The position numbers and the translations under genes are program-made. From Octopus bimaculoides (taxonomy: Eukaryota), in assembly GCF_001194135.2 (NCBI RefSeq), contig NC_069007.1, forward strand, positions 6,249,597 through 6,307,481: a stretch of DNA of 57,885 bases. Reading direction: 5' to 3'. The notes beneath the pieces are model-generated. The model was not told the origin of the DNA and did no database searches. It saw only the letters and a list, made by a program, of their open reading frames with translations. Positions 21,983 through 34,969 of the stretch are shown here, one piece after another (the stretch's first letter is position 1; every line of letters starts with the position of its first letter).

Positions 21983-22380
21983 AGGCGCAGGAGTGGCTGT
22001 GTGGTAAGTAGCATGATTACTAACCACATGGTTCCAGGTTCAGTCCCACTGTGTGGCACCTTGGGCAAGTCTCTTCTACTATAGCCTCGGGCCGACCAAA
22101 GCCTTGTGAGTGGATTTGGTAGACGGAAACTGATAGAAGCCCGTCGTATATATGTATATGTATATGTATTTATGTGTGTGTTTGTGTTTGTCCCCCCAAC
22201 ATCGCTTGACAACCGATGCTGGTGTGTTTACATCCCCATAACTTAACAGTTCGGCAAAAGAGACCGATAGAATAAATACTAAGCTTACAAAGAATGTCCT
22301 GGGGTCGATTTACTTGACTAAAGGCGTTGCTCCAGCACGGCCGCAGCCAAATGACTGAGACAAGTAAAAGAGTAAAAGAG
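21983..22380 (+). mobile_element. full-length composite SINE (family D) inserted antisense into an older family D copy (21830-21975 and 22385-22630, minus strand)
   Basis: Head AGGCGCAGGAGTGGCTGTGTGG, B box GGTTCAGTCCC, internal (TA)/(TG)n, and AGTAAAAGAG tail. The flanks are the two halves of a reverse-complement copy. Confidence 0.85.
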
Positions 22381-22431
22381 TATAGCAATGCTGGTTGTCA
22401 AGCAGTTGTGGGGGACAAACACAGATACAGA

Positions 22432-22470
<39 letters not shown>

Positions 22471-22734
22471 AAACACACAAATGACAGGCTTCTTTTAGTC
22501 TTCATCTACTAAATCTACTCATAAGGCTTTGGTTGGCCTGAAGCTATAGTAGAAGACATTTTCCGAAGTGGAACTGAACCTGAAACTAACTGATCGGGAA
22601 GCAAGCTTCTTGCCATACGTCCATGCCCTGAAATGATGCGGATCTTCTCCTGATGACCCCATAAACTTGCTAGCATCTGGTATGCAGAGCTTTCAACTGG
22701 TGCTGCAAGTTTTTTGTGAAAAAATCTCTCTCAT

Positions 22735-23190
22735 CATCATCTCCATCATCGTTTAACGTCTGCTTTCCATGCTAGCATGGGTTGGACGATTTGACTGAGA
22801 ACTGGTGAAACCAGATGGCTACACCAGGCTCCAATCTGATTTGGCAGAGTTTCTACAGCTGGATGCCCTTCCTAACGCCAACCACTCCGAGAGTGTAGTG
22901 GGTGCTTTTACATGCCACCGGCACGAAGGCCAGTCAGGCGGTACTAGCAACAGCCATGCTCAAAATGGTGTACTTTAAGTGCCACCTGCACAGGAGCCAG
23001 TCCAGCGGCACTGGCAACAATCTCGCTCGAATGTCTTTACACGTACCATCCAACACAAGTGCCAGGAAGGCGATGCTGGGCACAGGTGCCATTGACGGTT
23101 TCGCTTTCGCTTGCCCCAATATGTCTTCGCAAGCCGAGTTTTGTTTCCAATGAAGGAGACGACATTGGCATGGGTGCCAGTCGTCGAATC
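22735..23190 (-). mobile_element. longer RTE LINE 3' UTR copy (family A) with internal GGTGGCACGTAAAA-type repeats
   Basis: Reverse complement of the 1-200 sequence, extended ~270 bp further 5'. Confidence 0.8.
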
Positions 23191-24794
23191 AGAGAAATAG
23201 AAAATGGAATGCACGAGATTCTTTATTAATCCCAGCAATTATTTTGACCCGGCTAGCATCAATCCCTCATGGATAAAATACTATAGAACTTGTTATGGTG
23301 CATCCTTTGTTGTACATGCATCACATCAGGCGACTTTTCAAAAGTCACTTCGTTCAACAAACTCAGTTTCACTTGGTTTGGTTATACAACATGTGCTGAG
23401 AACATGCCAAACAATGTTTTTTAACATGTTAGGTGTCCTGGCACAATCATCAGACACTGCCCACATGGCATAACAAATTAAAAGTGGGATGATAGGATAA
23501 GAGAGAAAGTGAAAAGAGTCAAGAAAGAAGTAGATATTAAAAAGTGGAAAGTTGAAAAACTGGAAAGAGAAAAAAAAAAGACAGAAAGAAGCAGAAGAGG
23601 ATAATTAGAGTTATTTCCCCTTAGATCGCAAACTATGAACTTGATACTTCTATAAAAGATGTTTGTTATTGTCATGCAAAGCTTTACAGTGAGATTGAAC
23701 CTGGAACCAACAGGACAGAAAGAAAACATCTGAATAATTTTTGTGTTTAAGAGTTTGTTTTTCAATATCGGTTTGACTTCCAGATTTCCTGCCATGATAT
23801 GAGAAAATTCTTGTGTTCCTCATCAATGTTTACATGGCGTGATGGAATGATGGTTTGTCTCCCAGCCATTTACCATTCCTGCGTAGCAAAGGAATCGGTA
23901 AAAAGAAATATATGGCTTAAGAAGGCAACAAATATGTAGGATATTAGATTAAAAGTCAATTTTTTTAACACATTCTGAACATTGCATGGATATTGGTGTA
24001 TCTATGAATACACACACACACACACGTATATATGAGTATGTGTCTGTATATATATAAATGCATGTATATAAATATATACACATATATATATGTACATGGA
24101 TATGTATGCATACTGCATACGCACACAAACGCACAGAAAATTACAGATAGATACAGACATATATAGAAACGAATATATTTTTATATAAGGATAATATTCT
24201 ATATATACACATATATAAACATATGCATATACACTCATGTGAATACCCTAACAGGTAAATTTAAATATTCTTCAGATAATAAAATGAAATTCAATATGAA
24301 ACACCCACATATGTACATACCTACACATATATATATATACATATAAAAATATACATACATGCAGTTAGATAGATAGATAGATAGACTGAGACATTTATAT
24401 ATATATACATGTATGCATATATATCTATATGCACACACACATAAGCCTAGAGATATCGTTGGGTCAAGCACAGAACCATATTCACAAACATGCCCACCAC
24501 ACTAATCGCATATACAACCCTACATGCATAAAATGTACCGTAAGAAAATGGATAAGGCAAAATCAATTTTCAATAATAACTATTTGATAGGTATTTGAAC
24601 TCCATGGCTACATGTAATTAAATTTTTATTCATTGCCCTAAAGGACTTTTTTCCTCCTGCTTTTGAAAATCACCATCTTATGTTACACAGCATGATTGAA
24701 AGTTGTTCTCTGCACTAAAGAGATATCAAGAGAGAATTCATGTCAACATTAATGTTATCAGATTTGTTATTGTATAATGATATATATATATATC

Positions 24795-24872
<78 letters not shown>

Positions 24873-24879
24873 TGTGTCT

Positions 24880-25429
24880 GTGTTTGTCCCCCTAGCATTG
24901 CTTGACAACCGATGCTTGTGCGTTTANNNNNNNNNNNNNNNNNNNNNNNNNNNNNNNNNNNNNNNNNNNNNNNNNNNNNNNNNNNNNNNNNNNNNNNNNN
25001 NNNNNNNNNNNNNNNNNNNNNNNNNNNNNNNNNNNNNNNNNNNNNNNNNNNNNNNNNNNNNNNNNNNNNNNNNNNNNNNNNNNNNNNNNNNNNNNNNNNN
25101 NNNNNNNNNNNNNNNNNNNNNNNNNNNNNNNNNNNNNNNNNNNNNNNNNNNNNNNNNNNNNNNNNNNNNNNNNNNNNNNNNNNNNNNNNNNNNNNNNNNN
25201 NNNNNNNNNNNNNNNNNNNNNNNNNNNNNNNNNNNNNNNNNNNNNNNNNNNNNNNNNNNNNNNNNNNNNNNNNNNNNNNNNNNNNNNNNNNNNNNNNNNN
25301 NNNNNNNNNNNNNNNNNNNNNNNNNNNNNNNNNNNNNNNNNNNNNNNNNNNNNNNNNNNNNNNNNNNNNNNNNNNNNNNNNNNNNNNNNNNNNNNNNNNN
25401 NNNNNNNNNNNNNNNNNNNNNNNNNNNNN

Positions 25430-25484
<55 letters not shown>

Positions 25485-25690
25485 TGTGTCTGTGTTTGTC
25501 CCCCTAGCATTGCTTGACAACCGATGCTTGTGCGTTTATGTCCCCATCACTTAGCGGTTCGGCAAAAGACACCCATAGAATAAGTACTAGGCTTACAAAG
25601 AATAAGTCCCGGGGTCAATTTGCTCAACTAAAGGTGGTGCTCCAACATGGCCGCAGTCAAATGACTGAAACAAGTAAAAAAAAAGAGTAA
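24880..25690 (+). mobile_element. family D SINE 3' half, duplicated across an N-gap
   Basis: The same ~100 bp lie on both sides of gap 24928-25428. The 3' half then continues to AAGTAAAA..GAGTAAAA. Confidence 0.8.
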
Positions 25691-25929
25691 AAAAAAAAAA
25701 GAATATACACATGCCTGGGTTAGAGAGAATAAGGAAATTTTAAAATGCCATCTAGATTACGCAGGTCTCAATTGCTAGTAGCTGAGACACCAACTTTCTA
25801 CATTAGTAACTCTCCAACCCATGCCAGCATGGAACATAAACGCTAAGTGAAATGTTAAAAGAAAGTTTTCAACTCCTATATTTATATAAAGTAAATAGAC
25901 GTAATTCAAAAACACGTTTTGTGTAGATT

Positions 25930-26905
25930 ATTTCGTAACCATAAAACAGGTACAGATTCAAAGTGTTTGAGTGTCAATCTGAGGACAATGCAGAGGATTC
26001 AGAAAGAGTTGGATGAGTCTAATGGTGATTATAAAGGTACGGCAGCTCAGAAAACTCATTCTGAACTCTTGAATTTGTTGGTGAGATCCAGGCCATGATT
26101 GACAACGATCCCTCCAAGTCAATCAGGTCCATTACCAGGGTCAGGGGAGTGGCTGAGTTTCTTATCAGGCAGGCAGTGCATGAAGACATTTGGTATTCCT
26201 CATACAAGATTAGAAAGGACTAATTTTTATCCCAAGCCCATCAAGGACAAGAGGAAAGACTGTGTTATAAACCTTTTGAACAAACTCAAGTATCCCCTCC
26301 AACCAAACATGCTTTGGTTTTTCTCAGATGAGAAAAATTTTCTGTCACGATCAGATGGTGAACTCACAGAGCAACCATTGGCTTGCCGTGTCACCAAAAC
26401 ATGTACCGAGAATGATAAAAATCAAACATCCAGTCAACATCAAGGTGTTTGGAGTGATCACTAGATGTGGCGATGTTATGCTTCCATTCATCTTCCCACA
26501 CGGCCTCCCACTCAACACGGAGCCCTACATCAAGGGCCAGGAGGAAGTAGTGCTGCTCTGGATGAAGAGGATGGCTGCTGGAAGACCCTATGTCTGGCAA
26601 CAGGACTCTGCACCATGCCACAAAAGCAGGAGAACCCAGTCTTGGCTGTCAGACAATTTCTGCGACCACACCATCCCTTACATCTGGCCACCTAACTCCC
26701 CAGACTGCAACATCTGTCATTATTATGCGTGGGGCACAGTTGAGCGAGGGACCAACAAATCTTGTAACACCAATGACGAACTGTAGGCAAGGATTATGGC
26801 AACATTCATCAACTTAAACAAGGAGACTGTCCAGAAGAGTTGCAGGAAACTGCGAAGTTGTCTTCAGGCCATGGTTGAAGCCAATGGCGATTTTATTCAA
26901 TAAAT
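25930..26905 (+). mobile_element. maT-like (DD37D) Tc1/mariner transposase, degenerate
   Basis: HTH region (EIQAMIDNDPSKSIRSI), WFFSDEKNF, WQQDSAPCH and WPPNSPDCNICHYYAWG. The third catalytic position lies 37 residues after the second D and has mutated to H. Confidence 0.88.
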
Positions 26906-27261
26906 TTATTCTTTAGTATTTCAAGATNNNNNNNNNNNNNNNNNNNNNNNNNNNNNNNNNNNNNNNNNNNNNNNNNNNNNNNNNNNNNNNNNNNNNNNNN
27001 NNNNNNNNNNNNNNNNNNNNNNNNNNNNNNNNNNNNNNNNNNNNNNNNNNNNNNNNNNNNNNNNNNNNNNNNNNNNNNNNNNNNNNNNNNNNNNNNNNNN
27101 NNNNNNNNNNNNNNNNNNNNNNNNNNNNNNNNNNNNNNNNNNNNNNNNNNNNNNNNNNNNNNNNNNNNNNNNNNNNNNNNNNNNNNNNNNNNNNNNNNNN
27201 NNNNNNNNNNNNNNNNNNNNNNNNNNNNNNNNNNNNNNNNNNNNNNNNNNNNNNNNNNNNN

Positions 27262-27303
<42 letters not shown>

Positions 27304-27321
27304 CCACATATATATATACGT

Positions 27322-27600
27322 ACATCATCATCATCATCAATTAACATCTATTTTCTCAGCTGGTATGGGTTGGACGGTTTGACTGAAAACTGGCAAGTTG
27401 GGGAGCTGCATCAGGTTTCAATTTGATTTGGCATGGTTTCTATAGCTGCATGCGTTTCCTAATGCCAACCACTCCAAGAGTGTAATGGGTGCTTTCTATG
27501 TGCCACCAGCACTGGTGCCAGTTGCAAAAGGCCAGCATTAGCCACAACTATGATCTCACTTGGCTTGCAAGGTCTTCTCAAGCACGGTGCATTGCCAAAG
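27322..27600 (-). mobile_element. diverged RTE LINE 3' end (family A)
   Basis: (CAT)n, GGTATGGGTTGGACGG..TTTCCTAATGCCAACCACTCC..GGGTGCTTTCTATGTGCCACC. Confidence 0.7.
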
Positions 27601-27731
27601 GTCAAAGGTCTTGGTCACTAACTCACATATAACAAATAAGAGGAAGAGAAGGTGGATTTTACAGGATTCTTTATCACTCACTCAAATCGTTTCAGCCCAT
27701 CGTGCATCAACCCTTCACAGGTGAGATTCTG

Positions 27732-27769
<38 letters not shown>

Positions 27770-27773
<4 letters not shown>

Positions 27774-28230
27774 GCACTCCGTCGCTTATGACGTCGACGA
27801 TTCCAGTTGATCAGATCAACGGAACAGCCTGCTCGTGAAATTAACGTGCAAGTGGCTGAGTACTCCACAGACATGTGTACCTTTAACGTAGTTCTTGGGG
27901 ATATTCAGCGTTACACAGTGTAACAAGGCTGGCCCTTTGAAATACAGGTACAACAGAAACAGGAAGAAAGAGTGAGAGAAAGCTGTGGTGAAAGAGTACA
28001 GTAGGGTCCACTCCCCAACGCCAGAACCTCGGGGAACTTCTAGGTGCTTTCACTCAATAAACATTCACAACGCCCGGTCTGGGAATCGAAACTGTGATCN
28101 NNNNNNNNNNNNNNNNNNNNNNNNNNNNNNNNNNNNNNNNNNNNNNNNNNNNNNNNNNNNNNNNNNNNNNNNNNNNNNNNNNNNNNNNNNNNNNNNNNNC
28201 TGCCCTAACCACTGGGCCATTGCGCCTCCA
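27770..28230 (-). mobile_element. tRNA-derived SINE (family E), interrupted by a gap
   Basis: Homologous to 48700-49085. Confidence 0.85.
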
Positions 28231-28774
28231 ATATATATATATATATATATATAGTTTCAGTTTCCATCTACAAAATCCATTTGCAAGCTCTAGTCCATCC
28301 AAGACTACAGCAGAAGACAGTTGCTAAGGTATCACCCAGTGGAATTGAACTGAAAACCATGTCATAGCAAAGCTAACTTCGTAACCCCCGGCCATAGTTT
28401 TATCATCCACAATTATGTCTTTATTCACCATCAGTTACATCAAATTAATGTCTCTTTTATTATAATACAAAGTATATTACAATATTCAAATATTGTTAGT
28501 TGCCTTGTAATCGTTTTGTACCATTATATTTTGCGAACTGTTACATAAAAATGTCATCTCCGTATCTATATCTCTTTCAACATGAAACATCAGGAGCTGA
28601 AATGATATTAGTCAGCAGATAATATTTAACACTGCAAACACTTAAACTGTCCGGATGTCACTGTTCCTATTATTACCATTGACTTTATTTCAATTAAACA
28701 TTTGTCTGTAATAACACTTGATGTGATATTAGTTTCCAATAATAGATTATGGGTTGCAGGTTTTCGCTTTCTCT

Positions 28775-28950
28775 TTTATCATCATCGTCATTGTCATCGT
28801 CGTTGTCATCGTCATCATCATAATTATCGTCATCGTCATCATGGTTATCATCATCATCATCATCATCAACACCTCTATCATCACCATCATCATCGTCATC
28901 AACACCTCTATCATCACCATCATCATCATCATCATCATCATCATCCTCAT
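28775..28950. repeat. (ATC)n/(GTC)n compound microsatellite
   Basis: Direct reading of the sequence. Confidence 0.95.
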
Positions 28951-29146
28951 TTTAATGTCCACTTTTCCATGCCTGCATGAACTGGAGAGATTATTGTGAA
29001 GGCAACTACCGGGCAGACAAAACATGTCCAAATTCCACTGAGGTCTTTTATTCTTTTGGTGTCAATAAAGTGCCATATAAACAGAGGTCAATGTGATAAC
29101 TTATCCCGTTCCCCCAAATTTGCTGGCCTTGTGCCAAAATTTAAAC

Positions 29147-29194
<48 letters not shown>

Positions 29195-29197
<3 letters not shown>

Positions 29198-29390
29198 TCG
29201 TTTAACGTCTTCTTTCCATGCTAGCATGGGTTGGACAATTTGACTGAGGACTAGCAAGCCAGAAGGCTGCACCAGGCTCCAATCTGATTTGGCAGAGTTT
29301 CTACAGCTGGATGCCCTTCCTAATGCCAACCATTCCGAGAGTGTAGTGGGTGCTTTTACGTGCCACCAGCACAGGGGCCAGTCAGGTCTG
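29195..29390 (-). mobile_element. RTE LINE 3' end (family A)
   Basis: CATCGTTTAACGTC..CCATGCTAGCATGGGTTGGAC..GGGTGCTTTTACGTGCCACC. Confidence 0.8.
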
Positions 29391-29409
29391 CATTAAGGTC
29401 AAGCAATTG

Positions 29410-29620
29410 ATTAACAGAATTGTGGTACAGAACAGAATATTTACTATAACAATATTTCTGCTTCAGCACCTCGACACAGAATCTGTGTGAAATGTAATAG
29501 AAAATAGGTCAGTTTTAAAACTGATGTCCAGGTGACAAAAGCAAAGTTTGAAGGGAATAGTAGTCATTTCCTTTGATTTCTAGATAGAAGCAAATAGGAA
29601 AATAACATTAACTGACCAAA
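29410..29620 (+). repeat. interspersed repeat family C
   Basis: Reverse complement of the units at 49210-49319 and 52070-52865. Confidence 0.7.
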
Positions 29621-30199
29621 GACAAAAAAGAAAAAGAAAAATTTTGTTACACAATGCAACAGATATAGATGCAGGCTTTCTTTTCTCTCTCACACTCATA
29701 AAATATTAGAAGATTCTTTCCAATTGATTTCCATCAGCTAAACTTCCATCTTATATTTAAAACCACTCCTACAAACAACTTAATGATTCAATAGTGTTTA
29801 ATGTTTGATAATATTACTTATCCAGAAACAATCTTGTTTGTTATTCTTCTTTCGATTATAAAATCTTTGATTTATAATTCTGTGCATTTCTTCTTTTTCT
29901 TTTTCATCACAACAAGATTTTTTTGTGTTCTTAATTGAATGTTATTCGTGTTAGGAAGGGCATCCATCCACAGGAACCAAGCAGAAACAGACCCTGGAGC
30001 ATGAGGCAATAAGCTCTGAACTGTTAGATCCGGTCAAAGCATGTGAGCCATGCTAGCATGAAAGTTGAATGTTAAAAGAAGACAAAGGAGGATGGAAAGA
30101 GGAAGAGGAGGAGGCAGAGGAGGGAGGAGAAGAAGAAGAAGAAGATGATGATGATGATGATGATGATGATATAATGATGGCCATAGGTATAATTTTACT

Positions 30200-30569
30200 G
30201 TTGTTGTTGGCACTCCGTCGCTTGCGACGTTGAGGGTTCCAGTTGATCCAATCAAAGGAACAACCTGCTCGTGAAATTAACGTGCAAGTGGCTGAGCACT
30301 CCACAGACACATGTACCCTTAACGTAGTTCTCGGGGATATTCAGCGTGACACAGAGTGTGACAAGGCTGACCCTTTGAATTACAGGCACAACAGAAACAG
30401 GAAGTAAGAGTGAGAGAAAGTTGTGGTGAAAGAGTACAACAGGGTTCGCCACCATCCCCTGCCGGAGCCTCGTGGAGCTTTTAGGTGTTTTCGCTTAATA
30501 AACACTCACAACGCCCGGTTTGGGAATCGAAACCACGATCCTATCACCGCGAGTCTGCTGCGCCTCCAC
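30200..30569 (-). mobile_element. tRNA-derived SINE (family E) with a deletion in the head
   Basis: Homologous to the other family E copies. The CCCTAACCACTGGGCCATTG segment (A box) is missing. Confidence 0.85.
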
Positions 30570-31635
30570 CATAATATTACTAATTTTTAAAAAATAAAGA
30601 CTAATACAAAACAGATATGTACATCAAACTCACGACATTGCAATCATGGACGTAGAGGATCTGAGTGAACTTCGTAATTCAAATGAGAAGATACAAGAAC
30701 AAGACTGGGATAATCTTGTTAATTGCAGTGTTTGAACCCTTTTGTTACCATATTTTTGTTGATGTATATGGCCTTTGTTTCAATTGAATTTGAAAATAAT
30801 GAAGGGTTTAGGGAAATAACAACTTTGTTATTATTTGTTATTCAGTGGGACTGAACCTGGAACCATGTGGTCGGTAAGCAAGCTACTTATCACACAGCCA
30901 CTCCTGCACCTATATATATNNNNNNNNNNNNNNNNNNNNNNNNNNNNNNNNNNNNNNNNNNNNNNNNNNNNNNNNNNNNNNNNNNNNNNNNNNNNNNNNN
31001 NNNNNNNNNNNNNNNNNNNNNNNNNNNNNNNNNNNNNNNNNNNNNNNNNNNNNNNNNNNNNNNNNNNNNNNNNNNNNNNNNNNNNNNNNNNNNNNNNNNN
31101 NNNNNNNNNNNNNNNNNNNNNNNNNNNNNNNNNNNNNNNNNNNNNNNNNNNNNNNNNNNNNNNNNNNNNNNNNNNNNNNNNNNNNNNNNNNNNNNNNNNN
31201 NNNNNNNNNNNNNNNNNNNNNNNNNNNNNNNNNNNNNNNNNNNNNNNNNNNNNNNNNNNNNNNNNNNNNNNNNNNNNNNNNNNNNNNNNNNNNNNNNNNN
31301 NNNNNNNNNNNNNNNNNNNNNNNNNNNNNNNNNNNNNNNNNNNNNNNNNNNNNNNNNNNNNNNNNNNNNNNNNNNNNNNNNNNNNNNNNNNNNNNNNNNN
31401 NNNNNNNNNNNNNNNNNNNNNNNNNNNNNNNNNNNNNNNNNNNNNNNNNNNNNNNNNNNNNNNNNNNNNNNNNNNNNNNNNNNNNNNNNNNNNNNNNNNN
31501 NNNNNNNNNNNNNNNNNNNNNNNNNNNNNNNNNNNNNNNNNNNNNNNNNNNNNNNNNNNNNNNNNNNNNNNNNNNNNNNNNNNNNNNNNNNNNNNNNNNN
31601 NNNNNNNNNNNNNNNNNNNNNNNNNNNNNNNNNNN

Positions 31636-31666
<31 letters not shown>

Positions 31667-31714
31667 TATCTGTATACATACACACGAACACACACACACA
31701 AACACATACACATG

Positions 31715-31764
<50 letters not shown>

Positions 31765-32896
31765 TACATATATCCACATGCACATAACTGAACAGTACTG
31801 AGCCACTAGTTAAAGTACCATACCAGTCTTATAAGACATTTGAATTTATACAAGATTCTATACCAGCAATTAGGAGGAACATTTTTTCTAACAGAATCAA
31901 ATTAAAAAGAAAAATCTAACAATAAATGTCCAATTTATTATTTTTCTTCCGTCTCTTTCACTTATTTCTCTTCTTTTCTTCTTTCTTTTTTCTCACCATC
32001 TTATTTTATTTTTTCCTTTTTATTTTTCTTATCTTTCTCTCTCTCTTTCATTTTATTCGTCTGCTCATAGTTTATAAAACTCGAAGAAGTTCGTTAATGA
32101 AATGCCAACGAAAAATGAAAAGTGAGACTAAAAACATTAAAGAAGTGAATTCAGAAATTTAAGATTTGAAAACTGTGAAAACTTTGAAAATTTTGAAATT
32201 TTCAATATTAAATCACTTTTATTTCTAATTCTTCTTATAAAATATTTTTTTAAAATTTAGGACAGGTCTAAAGACAATTATTATTTTATACGCATATTTT
32301 TATTTTGAATTGATAGAAGTTACAGAATGTTTCTTGGGCCAAAGGTTTCTGGCATAGACTTGTCAAGCTTCATACAAAATATAAATATATATATATTCAT
32401 GTTTTGGCCTTTATTTTTTCCTGTTTCCATTATCAAATTTGTGTGTGTGTGTTTGTGAGTATATGCACATGTGTTGCAAAATTATAAAACATGAAGACAA
32501 GGCAAAAATAACAAACAGCATGTATTAGGTTTATGCTCAGGAAAAATAAAAAACAAAGTCCTTCACATTTCAAGCACATCTTCTTCTATAGAAAGAATAA
32601 ATGAGGAGAGAAAAGGGTGGAGAGAAAAGGGTGGAGAGAGAAAAGAATAAACATGTCTCAGTTGGAGGGTCACTGCATACTGAAATGACTGGAAGTAGGG
32701 CGAGGTTGCTAGATGTGTGAGAGACAAGGGGGACAACTTTGAACCTGGCATGTTTGTGTGCGTGTTTGTGTAGGAAGTTAATGTGTGAGCATATACTCGA
32801 AGTATTTGTATATGTTTATGTGTGTGTGTGTGCATGTTTTCTGTTTATGTGTATGAAGTTATCTGATGTATGTATGTGTTATACATACATATATAT

Positions 32897-33035
32897 AGGG
32901 CATCCAGCTGTAGAAACTCTGCCAAATTTAGATTGGAGCCTGGTGTTGCCATCTGGTTTCACCAGTCCTCAGTCAAATCGTCCAACCCATGCTAGCATGG
33001 AGAGCGGACGTTAAACGATGTGAATGATGATGATG
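32897..33035 (+). mobile_element. RTE LINE 3' end (family A), young
   Basis: Near-identical to 62-200. Confidence 0.8.
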
Positions 33036-33045
33036 ATATATATAT

Positions 33046-33047
33046 TT

Positions 33048-33084
<37 letters not shown>

Positions 33085-33230
33085 GACAGACAGACAGAGA
33101 CAGACAGACAGAGACAGACAGACAGAGACAGACNNNNNNNNNNAGACAGAGACAGACAGACAGAGACAGACAGACAGAGACAGACAGACAGAGACAGACA
33201 GACAGACAGTGTGTGTGTGTGTGTGTGTGT
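33046..33230. repeat. (GA)n / GACA-GAGA minisatellite with a 10-N gap
   Basis: Direct reading of the sequence. Confidence 0.95.
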
Positions 33231-34270
33231 GTTGTGTGCATGTGTAAGTATCTATTGTTTTATGGATTTTAAAAAGTGTTTTCAACAAAATATGAAAGAA
33301 TATTCATTTATCTCCTAAAAATGGTACCATGTAACAAACCAAGCATTCAAATCCAAAAGATGTGGAAACAAGGGAAAATAAATCAGAAGGGTCATAGCAA
33401 TGCCCCCTTCACGAAACCTTTATCTCATTTGAAGCTACAGGCTCAGCTAAAGACCCACATAGGTTTGGCAGACCAAATCTTCTTCAACAAATAAAACCTG
33501 ACGTCACTGCCCATAACACAGAGGAGATCAATAAATGCAGGAGCCTGGCTGGCCGTTAACAGTCTGTGCTGGTCACTGTCAAGACATCGAATGTTCTAGG
33601 AACTTGTATTGCCAATTTCCTCCACAAAATAGGGGTTATGGCAGCCCATTAGAGAAGGGAGTCCCATGAGGTGGAGTGGTTTACTGCAGTGAGTGTCACT
33701 GACCATTCTCCACAGTAACATCATCATGATCGTTACTGCATGGCACAACTAAGTACCCCACTTGTTCTGGGGTTTGTGGCCCATTGCTCCTCTCCCCCTG
33801 TCTTCCACTGCTTTGCCACCCCCACCCTTTTACTCCTGTTTTTCTTCTCTCTTTTTTTCATCTTTTTAAAGCATTTATTAATGAATAAAGAGTTTAGAAG
33901 CCATGTGTTACATTTCACCTCCATTAAAATCTGCACAGTCCTAAAGGACATGCTTCAAAGGTGTCCTGTCTGCCTTCTACAGAGCTAAACAGAGAAGAAG
34001 CTATCCACCCATGTCAATCAAGTGTTTTGGCCCTTAACCTCTTACATTCTAAGGGGTCAGGCCATATCTAGTTCATGTCCCCTGGGTGCCCTTCTGCTAA
34101 CACTTTTTAGTCACTTGCATATCAGAAACTTTAAACCAGTTGGAAATTTCATTCAGTTCAAACTCATTCCTTGACTCAGCTTTCAAACTTATACTTCAAT
34201 CAGAAATTCTGCTGGTTGTCATGGTATCCGTATGAAAAACTAGGGGTTTGAAAAGTTTACGTTTGTGTGT

Positions 34271-34651
34271 GTTGGCACTCCATCGCTTACGACGTTGAGG
34301 GTTCCAGTTGATCTGATCAACGGAACAGCCTGCTCGTGAAATTAACGTGCAAGTGGCTGAGCACTCCACAGACATGTGTACCCTTAACATAGTTCTCGGG
34401 GATATTCAGTATGACACAGTGTGACAAGGCTGACCCTTTGAATTACAGGCACAACAGAAACAGGAAGTAAGAGTGAGAGAAAGTTGTGGTGAAAGAGTAC
34501 AGCAGGATTCGCCACCATCCCCTGCCGGAGCATCATGGAGCTTTAGGTGTTTTCGTTCAATAAACACTCACAACGCCCAGTTTGGGAATCGAAACTGCGA
34601 TCCTATGACCGCGAGTCCACTGCCCTAACCACTGCGCCATTGCGCCTCCAC
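34271..34651 (-). mobile_element. tRNA-derived SINE (family E) with an 11-bp target-site duplication
   Basis: TTTACGTTTGT at 34256-34266 and 34652-34662. Confidence 0.9.
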
Positions 34652-34969
34652 TTTACGTTTGTAAATAGTTCAGGAAAAATAATGATGAGACACAACATGG
34701 TGTCTCAGAATGCCATGCACCAATGAACTAAATATGTTAGACTCACTGTTGTCATGAAAGAGAGAAGTTATTCTCCTGTGACATACATGACAGCGACTAG
34801 CATATTTTGCATCTGAACTAACCTAGACATGTTAAGAATAAATATCCCTTGCTGGTGACAAGTAAAAGGCACCTGTGCTGGTGAGACACAAAAGGCACTC
34901 TTGCCAGAGTTTCTTACCATATTTCTGTTGAAACACACTGCCTTTCTTTCAAAAAGTTTTTTAAATATT

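Noticed and set aside
23622-23890. Two putative + strand exons (IANYELDTSIKDVCYCHAKLY, then NFLP*YEK..MA*WNDG..) joined by TGA read-through or A-to-I editing
   Set aside because: It needs two in-frame TGAs to be recoded, and the peptide is not recognisable. Splice-like signals are common by chance in AT-rich DNA.
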